Of a stretch of DNA of 64,000 nucleotides, positions 30,075 to 37,836 are shown piece after piece. Both the position numbers and the translations under genes were made by a program. This DNA comes from an uncultured Verrucomicrobiae bacterium (GTDB lineage: Bacteria; Verrucomicrobiota; Verrucomicrobiia; Chthoniobacterales; JAATET01): the NCBI GenBank assembly GCA_963719495.1, contig CAVRCI010000014.1, forward strand, positions 1-64,000. Reading direction: 5' to 3'. The first letter of the stretch is position 1; every line of letters begins with the position of its first letter. The notes under the pieces were generated by a model. That model worked only from the letters and a program-made list of their open reading frames with translations, did not search any database and was not told the DNA's origin.

Positions 30075-31580
30075 ATGCGTTCTTTCAACCCGTTTTTCCC
30101 AAATTTTAGTTCGCGGCTTTTTGGACGACCGCCAGTCTCACCCCTGACGCAGGCCCTTGCCAAGCTCAGGCAGAGCGGTTCGCTCTCGGTGTTGGTCAAC
30201 GTCTTTGGCTCCTACATTTCACGGAAGTTACTTAGCTCAACGCCCAGCTGTGCTCACAGCCGCAAGCGCATTTTCTCGCTCGAACGTGTCTTCTGGAGCT
30301 TCCTGGATCAGGTGCAAACCCCGAACGGTTCCTGTCGCGAAGCCGTGTGCAAGGTCATGGCTTTGGTGAGCAGAAAATCCAAACCGTCTGGCACTACAGA
30401 GACCGAGGTCATGAGTGGCAATACCAGCGCTTATTGCCAGGCGCGAGCCAAGCTCCCGGTGGCGACACTGGAAGGAATCAACACCCATCTGGCCGTGCGC
30501 ATGGAAGCCAATATTCCCAGCGGCGCTCTCTGGCATGGTCGCCAGGTACGGCTCGTGGACGGCACGGGTGTCTCCATGCCCGACACCGAAGCCAATCAAG
30601 ATCGTTGGCCGCAGAGCAGCAGTCAGAAGCCGGGGTGTGGCTTTCCCGCAATCAATCTGGTTGGCGTTTTCTGCCTTCTCACCGGAGCTCTTCTCAAGGC
30701 GGATTGGGGCGATCGTCTCACCCATGAGACCCGGCTTTTTCGCAACCTTTGGAGCATTTTCAATCGTGGCGATCTCGTTCTCACCGACCGGGGATTTTGT
30801 TCCTTCGGGGCTATTGCCGGTCTGCTCTCCCTGGGCGTGGACTCGTTGATGCGCTTGCCCGAAAAACGGATCCGCAAGGCCATTGGTGCTCAGCTTCCCA
30901 AGTCGGCAAATTTCGATGTGAACATTGTCTGGAAGCGCCCCGCGCAGCGACCACGCGGGATGACGCCCGAGGAGTTCGCGCTCTGGCCCGCGGATATTCC
31001 AGTGCGCGTCGTGCGCTACACCATCGCCCAACCCGGCTTCCGCACCCAGACCGTGACCTTGGTGACCACCCTGCTGCTCTCCGAGACGGCCATTCCCGCC
31101 GATGATCTCGCCTCCCTCTACTTCCGCCGCTGGAGCGTCGAACTCCATTTTCGCGAGATCAAGATCGCTCTCAACATGGACGTCTTGCGCTGCAAATCCC
31201 CGGCCCTCATCGAGCGCGAACTCCTCATGCACTTCATCGCCTACAACCTCGTCCGCAGCGTCATGCAGAAAGCCGCCCTGATTCACGAACTCGACCTGGA
31301 TCGCGTCTCCTTCAAGGGCACTCTCGATACCGTCCGTCAGTTCGCCAACGCCACCAGTGGGGCCAACGCTAAACCCCGCACCATCTCCGCCATCCTCGAC
31401 GCCATGCTCTCTGCCATCGCCAGCGATCTCGTTCCGCTGCGCCCAGACCGATCCGAACCCAGAGTCAGAAAACGCCGCCCCAAAAACTATCGCCTCTTGA
31501 CCAAGCCCCGCCGCCAAATGGGACCGCTCCCTCACCGAAAATCCGGGGTCGAAAATCCTCCCAAATCCCCCTTATCTTAG
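30075..31580 (+). CDS. IS4-family DDE transposase
   Basis: VDGT, DRGF, YFRRWSVELHFREIK (YREK motif) and the RSEPRVRKRRPKNY tail. Confidence 0.95.
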   Translation: MRSFNPFFPNFSSRLFGRPPVSPLTQALAKLRQSGSLSVLVNVFGSYISRKLLSSTPSCAHSRKRIFSLERVFWSFLDQVQTPNGSCREAVCKVMALVSRKSKPSGTTETEVMSGNTSAYCQARAKLPVATLEGINTHLAVRMEANIPSGALWHGRQVRLVDGTGVSMPDTEANQDRWPQSSSQKPGCGFPAINLVGVFCLLTGALLKADWGDRLTHETRLFRNLWSIFNRGDLVLTDRGFCSFGAIAGLLSLGVDSLMRLPEKRIRKAIGAQLPKSANFDVNIVWKRPAQRPRGMTPEEFALWPADIPVRVVRYTIAQPGFRTQTVTLVTTLLLSETAIPADDLASLYFRRWSVELHFREIKIALNMDVLRCKSPALIERELLMHFIAYNLVRSVMQKAALIHELDLDRVSFKGTLDTVRQFANATSGANAKPRTISAILDAMLSAIASDLVPLRPDRSEPRVRKRRPKNYRLLTKPRRQMGPLPHRKSGVENPPKSPLS

Positions 31581-31608
31581 TGCCATTCTCGGCTGACCCC
31601 TACCGCTT

Positions 31609-32397
31609 TGACCTTTTTCGCAATCACACCCCTCGGTTCACCCACTCTGAACCAACCATCAGCCTGCCCCCGCCGACGAATTAGGCCGGACCTCCGAGCT
31701 ACCGGAAGCGAGCGTCGGCGCGTCGGATGCCGGGCGGTCGGGGCAATATGCATCCGGCGTTACGACGCGGGCGCATGCCGCGGACCGGCGGTAATTCGGG
31801 GGGGATTTCTTTGAGTAAGCGGGCATCGGATGCGAATTCTGAACCAATGAACGGACTGACACGTTCTACTGACACGTTCTACGACGGCGATGGAGTGAGC
31901 GCAGATCAGAACGCGAACGCGGGAGTCGCGGCAGGGGCACAGGTTGTCGACGTCGATGCGGTTGTTGAAGCGGAGGCCGCGAGGAATTCCTTACCGCCCT
32001 CCGAGACTCGTCCTTTGAGCAACGGCGGCTCGTAGGTCGCTTCGATCACGTGACCGCCTTCGTGGATGGCTCGCGCCTGCTTCCAAATCTGCCAACCGCC
32101 CATGCCCGTGAGGGATTTTTCGGTCAGGACGATGGTCGGATCGGTCGCGGGCGGCATCCGGCGCATTATGCCCGCGCGACTCCATTGCGCAACGGGGTAG
32201 ACTCGGCAAAGGTCCCGTTTCCTTGGCGCCTGCGCGCTCGCCGTGATGTGTGTCGGCTGTGCGACCAAGCCCACCGGATCGTCCGTGGTGTTGACGGGAG
32301 CGGTGACGTCACCCGCTGAATTTTCGCTCCCGCCCACGACCCCTTTCCGACCCCTTTCCGCGGGAAGTAGGAATTCGTTTTTGCACACTGACCCCCA
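31609..32397. repeat. About 0.79-kb direct duplication, copy B, starting with the terminal about 24 bp of the MITE
   Basis: Matches 28705-29480 and carries an extra 13-bp tandem duplication CTGACACGTTCTA at about 31856-31881. Confidence 0.92.
31876..32157 (-). pseudogene. Second copy of the frameshifted SWIM/SNF2 5' fragment
   Basis: Same translation and same frameshift as 28960-29241. Confidence 0.7.
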
Positions 32398-32399
32398 TT

Positions 32400-33201
32400 T
32401 CCCCAGCCCACTCAGCACTCCCATTAGCGAAATCGCACCGCCGACTCGCACCGCTTCAAGCGTCCGGTTGAACGTTTCCGGCCCCGAGACATCGACCGCA
32501 AGATCCACCCCGCGACCTTCGGTCCACGCGGTCACGGCCTGCGGCCAATCCGAATGGCTCCGCGTATCCCAAACGGCTTCCGCTCCCAACTCCCTCAGGC
32601 GCGGAATTTTTTCTGCGCTGCTCGTCGTCGCAACCACCCGCGCGCCAGCCATCCGCGCGAACTGGAGGCCAAACAGGGAGACTCCGCCCGAACCGATGAC
32701 CAGCACCGTGTCGCCCGGCAGGATCCGATTGCCTTCAAAAAGAGCAAACCATGCGGTTACTGCGGCGCAGGGCAGAGTCGCGGCTTCTTCATCGCTGAGG
32801 TGCTCGGGCACACGCACCAGCCCCTCGGCCGGAACCATGACATATTCAGCAAGCATCCCATCGACCCGACCGCCCCAAAGAGCGCTGGCTGATTTTTCCG
32901 TCGATAGCTCCCCATTGATCCAGCCGGGCATGAAGGCCGACGCGACGCGCTCGCCCACCTTGACACGGTCCACTCCAGGCCCGACGGCATCCACGAGGCC
33001 AACGCCATCGGATAAGGGAACGATCGGCGAGTAGTCCGATGGAGAAGAGTAAGTCCGACGCATGACCAGCAGGTCACGGTAGTTTAGTGAAGCCGCCAGC
33101 ATCCGCAGCCGGACCTGGCCGTGGGCCGGATCGGGAGGAGTTGCCTCACGAAGGATGAGGCCGGGTGTTTGATCGAAGGGAGTGAGTTGCCAAAATCGCA
33201 T
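32400..33201 (-). pseudogene. 3'-truncated MDR-family NAD(P)-dependent oxidoreductase
   Basis: AASLNYRD, PLSDGVG, AATLPCAAVTAW and GSGGVS. Family similarity ends at GVLSGL, where the ORF runs into GGGGTCAGTGTGCAAAAA and the duplicated segment (stop at 31906). Confidence 0.8.
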
Positions 33202-33276
33202 AGGGTATTTAGGTTGCCCCGAATTCTAGCACCGTCCCGCCACTGCTGTGGTGGTTCCATTTTTGTCACTGCATTG

Positions 33277-33682
33277 ATGACCAATAAAGAACATCTCCGA
33301 TTGCCCGTCACCGCCAACCACCGCTACCGGAGCGGGCGGTTGCCCCATCGAGGTGATCTTCGATGTGCTCGGAGGTCGCTGGAAGCCGATCCTACTCTTC
33401 GCCTTCTGGGAGGGCGCACAACGTTTCTCCGAACTGCGCCGTCAGATCCCACAGATCGGTTCTCGCATTCTTGCCCGCCAATTGAGGGAAATGGAACGCG
33501 ACGGCCTGATCAAGCGTTGCGAGGACCCCGATCGCCCGCGGACCTGCATCTACGCACTCACTCCGATGGCGGCTCCCCTGGGAGAAGTCCTTGTCCCATT
33601 GCGCGACTGGGGTGCACGCTATATTCGTCACCGCCTCCAAACTGCCGAGCTGCCCGCAGAACCGCGGAGGGTCAGCCGATGA
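33277..33682 (+). CDS. HxlR-family winged-helix regulator (start frameshifted, possibly a pseudogene)
   Basis: GCPIEVIFDVLGGRWK, RFSELRR, LARQLREMERDGLI and YALT. ATG 33277 is one base out of frame with the conserved part, and the stop is supplied by a repeat motif. Confidence 0.75.
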
Positions 33683-34095
33683 TTTCTGACACACTACTTA
33701 ATCGGCGGGAAATCGGGGTCGGGGAAATCGGGGTCGGTGTGCAAAAAGCAATTATCTCACCTCCGGGTCGGGGAAATCGGGGTCGCTGTGCAAAAAGCAA
33801 TTATCTCACCTCCGCACCGCTCCGTTCGAGCCATGCTGCGAACTCATTGCGGAAGGGGTCAGCCGACGGAAGGGGTCAGCGGAAGGGGTCAGCCGAGAAT
33901 GGCACTAACTTAAGCGCTGCTTTCAAAGTAAATTACCCTTCAATGCCATCCCAAAGCGTCCTTAAGTTAGTGCCATTCGGGTCAGCCGATGAATTCTGCG
34001 TCGAAGGGGTTATCGAAGGGGTCAGTCCGTCGAAGGGGTCTCGAAGGGGTCAGTCCGTGCATTCGAAGGGGTCAGTCCGTGCATTGGTTCGGAAA
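33669..34095 (+). repeat. Dense GGGGTC-core repeat array (plus strand)
   Basis: 49-bp tandem at 33716-33764 and 33765-33813, GGAAGGGGTCAGC x3 at 33851-33896, and CGAAGGGGT x5 at about 34002-34080. Confidence 0.9.
33897..33978. mobile_element. 82-bp miniature (MITE) of the IS4 element
   Basis: Perfect 18-bp TIR GAATGGCACTAACTTAAG, identical to the IS4 left end. 11-bp target duplication GGGTCAGCCGA at 33886-33896 and 33979-33989. Confidence 0.93.
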
Positions 34096-34185
34096 CTGTC
34101 CTGAGGCGAGCCGCGGGATGAGCATCGGAATGCACGGCGCGTCGGGTGACAGAGCTGCGAAGTGCCGCAACGATCCTTGCTTCTA

Positions 34186-34458
34186 ATGTCAAACCCCACC
34201 GCACCCGCCCGTTTTTTCAGCGACGACAGCTATTGGAATCAGCCCATTCCGGACGATGCGCCGATCGCGCCGGAGACGGCTCGCTGGGTTCGTTTTCTGG
34301 AGCAGTCCAGCCGCGAGCCCGGATTTTATCTGAGCCTGCGGCGCTGGACGCTGCCGATCTACGAGACAAAGCCCGACACGAAGTGGGTGGAGATCGGACG
34401 GCGCTTTCACGAGCCATTCGCCGAGGCTCAGCGGAAGGGGTCAGCCGATGAATTCTGA
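34186..34458 (+). pseudogene. 5' partial duplicate of the 36510 gene
   Basis: MSNPTAPARFFSDDSYWNQPIP...RRFHEPFAEAQ, then fused to GGAAGGGGTCAGCCGATGAATTCTGA. The upstream region is also duplicated (about 34065-34427 vs about 36390-36751). Confidence 0.88.
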
Positions 34459-34475
34459 TAGCAGCGCGGAAGGGC

Positions 34476-34626
34476 GGAAGGGGTCAGCCGATGAATTCTG
34501 ATAGCAGGGTGAGAAAGCGAGTTCTGCGGAAGGCAATAACCAATAGATTGTGTGGTCCCAAATCAATGGATAGCTTCTGCCCAAAACAAAAGCGAATTGG
34601 TGAGAAATCATCGGCTGACCCCTTCC
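34476..34626. repeat. REPIN-like hairpin unit
   Basis: Perfect 19-bp inverted arms GGAAGGGGTCAGCCGATGA (34476-34494) and TCATCGGCTGACCCCTTCC (34608-34626) around an AT-rich spacer, with tandem partial arms outside on both sides. Confidence 0.85.
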
Positions 34627-34743
34627 AGACCCCTTCCACTGACCCCTTCCCCGGCGGAGCGGGTCCAAAGCGCGGCGTCGAAGTGATGGAGGAGAGTATC
34701 CGGCATGAGAGAGCTGCTTGTGCCGGTGACGAGACTAATTCCA

Positions 34744-36230
34744 TGTCGGGGCCTGTTCAAAAGTGAACGGAGACTGTTCAAAAGCGGAATGAGAGACTGT
34801 TCAAAAGTGGATTGGGGGTTTTGGGGCGTTGTATTGGGAGACGCGGGAAGCGCCTCGGAGGAGGCCGGAGCGTAGCGGAGGCTGACGGAGAGGCGCTTCC
34901 CGCGTGCGCGCCTGCTCCCCGGCCCCAGTGCCCCAAGGATACCAGCCGTTGGGGTGAAGCGTTTGTGGAACGCGCTGGCTTGCGCGCTCGCCTGGTCGAT
35001 TATCCCGGATTGAAAAGAAGCAGATTACCCACCGTCTCCCGCCAGATTTTGTCCGTCGCACACTTGCAGATTTCAATGCAGGACTTCTCGATGCCAGCAA
35101 TGCCGCAAGCCAGTTAGGCATCGGCAAAACCAGGCTCTATGAACTCCGCACGGCCTACCTCGCAAATCGTAATTCCTACGCCCCGGCTGCCAGCGGGGGC
35201 GCTCGTCGCGCCGACTGGCCGCCCGAAGTTGAACGCTTTCTCCAAGAGTTTCTGCCGCTTCAGAACCCACCCAATTACCAGTTAGTCGCCGACGAACTTG
35301 AGCGACTCTGCGGATTCGTTCGGGCGCGCTCGGTCGTCGAGACCCACGTCAAAGCGCGCTACGCCCATCTGGTGCCCTCGCCGACCCGCAAGCCTCGCGT
35401 TTATCGGCGCTTCCGTCGCGCTCGCATCGGCGAACTTTGGCAGCACGACAGTTCGATCCACCAATGGTGGCCCGCCGCCGCTAAACAGACTTTACTGCTC
35501 ACCGTCGACGACCATTCGGGCCTGAATCTAGCAGGTCGCTTCGTGGAATCCGATACCACTTGGAACCATTTCGGACATTTCCGCGAATCCTTCGAGACCT
35601 GGGGCCTGCCGCAGATCGTTTACACTGATGGCCTCAGCCTCTTCGGGCCAAGTTCCAGCGGCGATCACTGCGATCCTAAGAGTGAATTCCAACGCGCCCT
35701 CCGCGGACTCGGCGTCGCTCACTTAGTGGCACCGACCCCACAAGCTAAGGGTAAGATCGAGCGCCGTTTCGGGACTTTCCAGAGACGGCTCGTCACACTA
35801 CTCGCCCATGCCAGCGCCAAAACTTGGCCCCAGGCCGACGAAATTCTTCAGATGGAGATTGCCAGGCAGAACCGTACCGTCAATCGCTCCACCGGCAAGG
35901 TCCCGCTCCATCTGTGGGAAGCGCAGTCGCTTGGCGACAGCGGGCGCATGCGCCCCATCCCGCCTTCCGCGCTCCTAGACTTACACCTCTCAATCCGCTG
36001 CTCCCGCCGGGTGAACAATGACCACACCATCGACTTCGATGGCTCCAACTACGAGATCTCCAACACCCAGCGCAAGAGCGTCACCATCGTCCACCATCCC
36101 GGAAGCCGTTTCTGGGTCGTCGAACACCCTCCCAAAACCGTCTGGCCCCCCATTCTAGGCCACTTCAGCCTCTAAAATCGCTGTTCGCTTTTGAACAGGC
36201 GAGAATTCCGCTTTTGAACAGTCGCCGACA
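34744..36230 (+). mobile_element. IS1202/IS481-like (ISNCY) insertion sequence, 1487 bp
   Basis: TGT...ACA ends with a 20-bp imperfect TIR, subterminal CTGTTCAAAAG x3 left and x2 right, and a 16-bp direct repeat GACGAGACTAATTCCA at 34728-34743 and 36231-36246. Confidence 0.92.
35009..36175 (+). CDS. DDE (rve-type) transposase, IS481/IS1202-like
   Basis: LWQHDSS, VDDHS, YTDG and PQAKGKIERRF. The frame is open upstream of GTG 35372 and includes an HTH (AASQLGIGKTRLYEL). ATT 35009 is the inferred start. Confidence 0.85.
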   Translation: MEKKQITHRLPPDFVRRTLADFNAGLLDASNAASQLGIGKTRLYELRTAYLANRNSYAPAASGGARRADWPPEVERFLQEFLPLQNPPNYQLVADELERLCGFVRARSVVETHVKARYAHLVPSPTRKPRVYRRFRRARIGELWQHDSSIHQWWPAAAKQTLLLTVDDHSGLNLAGRFVESDTTWNHFGHFRESFETWGLPQIVYTDGLSLFGPSSSGDHCDPKSEFQRALRGLGVAHLVAPTPQAKGKIERRFGTFQRRLVTLLAHASAKTWPQADEILQMEIARQNRTVNRSTGKVPLHLWEAQSLGDSGRMRPIPPSALLDLHLSIRCSRRVNNDHTIDFDGSNYEISNTQRKSVTIVHHPGSRFWVVEHPPKTVWPPILGHFSL

Positions 36231-36509
36231 GACGAGACTAATTCCATTGCGGCTTCGTGTAAATGGTGCGCCTCCCGACGGGCACCGCGCGTCGAATCGG
36301 CTGAGGACAGCCGATGGTTCAACGCCGCCAAACTGGCCGAAACGAATGCCCGGCGCCCGCCACGAGGTCATCGAAGGGGTCAGTCCGTCGAAGGGGTCAG
36401 TCCGTGCATTGGTTCAGAAACTGTCCTCAGGCGAGCTGGGGGCGAGCATCGGAATGCACGTCGCGTCGGGTGACAGAGCTCCAGAGTGTCGGAAAGCTTC
36501 CCGCCCTCG

Positions 36510-37634
36510 ATGTCAAATTCCACCCCACCCGCTCGGTTTTTCAGCGACGACAGTTATTGGAATCAGCCCATCCCGGACGACTCGCCCATCGCGCCGGAGA
36601 CGGATCGCTGGGTTCGGTTTTTGGAGCAGTCCAGTCGCGAGCCCGGATTTTATTTGAGTCTGCGCCGTTGGACGCTGCCGATCTACGAGACGAAGCCCGA
36701 CACGAAGTGGGTCACGATTAAGCGGCGCTTTCACGAGCCGTTCGCCGAGGCGCAGTATTTGTATCGCCATTCCAAGTATCTGCTGGAGGCTCGCCCGGAT
36801 CACCCGGTTGGGTTTGGCGAGGGCTTCGGTCCGACCATTCCGATGCCGGAGGACGCGGTGCCGGACGCGATGACCGATGGCCACCTCAGTATCATCGACC
36901 GCGAGCGGAACAAGGTGTGGGATCTGTGGGGTGCACGGCGCAACGACGACGGCACGTGGTCGACGTGGTCGGGGATCACCTACCCGCTGGACGGGCCGGG
37001 GACGTTTGATCCGAAGCGGTTTGCGATTTCGAACGGCGAGACCATTCACCTCTACGGTCCCTGCCGGGCATCGGGGACGCCGAGCATCGCGGGCATCACC
37101 CGCTACGACGAAGTCCTGAGCGGGCGGATCGAGCACAAGCTGTCCTTTGCCACGCGCTTCGCGGGCCTGCTGGCGCACTGCTTCCCCGCGACCTGGACGG
37201 ACGGTGGCATCCTGGGCGGCATCCCGGAGGGGATCACGATGCAACTCGATCCGACGCTGGATCTTTCGACGCTGGGGCTGAACGACGGCGCGCGGGTGAT
37301 CGCGACGGCGATGCAGGAATATGGCGCGGTGCTCATCGACGTCTGTCTTGGCTCCACCATCGGCGCCGAGAACCTCAACGGACACGCGAGCAAATCTTGG
37401 GACGGCATTCTGGACGAACGCGATCTCAACGCGATTCCGTTCGAGCATTTCCGCTTCATTCAGCCCGCGACCATCGTCGAAAAGGGCCTGATTCCGGCGG
37501 TGCATCCGACGACATTCCAGACCTACCACGAACTCATGCAACTCCACGACGAGGTCGAAACGGAGCAGGGGACGTTCGTCGGGTGGCCGAAGGATTGGTA
37601 TCAGCGTCACGCGGCGAAATACGAGCCCGCGTAG
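36510..37634 (+). CDS. Hypothetical protein of unknown function
   Basis: Long clean ORF with SYWNQPI, DGHLSIID...WDLW, RASG, IEHKL and MQEYGAVLID. No family assigned. Confidence 0.75.
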   Translation: MSNSTPPARFFSDDSYWNQPIPDDSPIAPETDRWVRFLEQSSREPGFYLSLRRWTLPIYETKPDTKWVTIKRRFHEPFAEAQYLYRHSKYLLEARPDHPVGFGEGFGPTIPMPEDAVPDAMTDGHLSIIDRERNKVWDLWGARRNDDGTWSTWSGITYPLDGPGTFDPKRFAISNGETIHLYGPCRASGTPSIAGITRYDEVLSGRIEHKLSFATRFAGLLAHCFPATWTDGGILGGIPEGITMQLDPTLDLSTLGLNDGARVIATAMQEYGAVLIDVCLGSTIGAENLNGHASKSWDGILDERDLNAIPFEHFRFIQPATIVEKGLIPAVHPTTFQTYHELMQLHDEVETEQGTFVGWPKDWYQRHAAKYEPA

Positions 37635-37836
37635 AATATGAACGAGACTTTGCGGCGGAATTTCTTGGGAGGACAGGGATGCTTTGTTTTTGTTTGGTTC
37701 AAGAGAAACGCGGTTACGCAGGATCCATTTCGATTGTGATCAATAATTTTGATCATGTGCTTGTCTCGACGTATCCCGACGCCTGAGCGCCCGTGCACAA
37801 GCGCCCGGCGCTGGGAGAGATCACATTGGCGGTGAC

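Larger units (their letters stand above)
29671..31588 (+). mobile_element. IS4-family insertion sequence (1918 bp) with a passenger ORF
   Basis: 32-bp imperfect TIR starting GAATGGCACTAA (28/32 match). 11-bp target duplication TCGGCTGACCC at 29660-29670 and 31589-31599. Confidence 0.93.

Noticed and set aside
33121..34104. 327-aa ORF spanning HxlR and the repeat array
   Set aside because: It is out of frame with the conserved HxlR, and its tail is translated repeats and MITE sequence.
33669..34650. CRISPR array
   Set aside because: The repeat units are short, variable and irregularly spaced, there are no uniform unique spacers, and there are no cas genes in the window.
34650..34707. A fifth truncated gene start (MPDTLLHHFDAALWTRSAG) reading into the motif on the minus strand
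   Set aside because: Too short to support without a homology search.
34186..36751. Diversity-generating retroelement template/variable repeat pair
   Set aside because: No reverse transcriptase is present, the differences are not adenine-specific, and the duplicated part is N-terminal.
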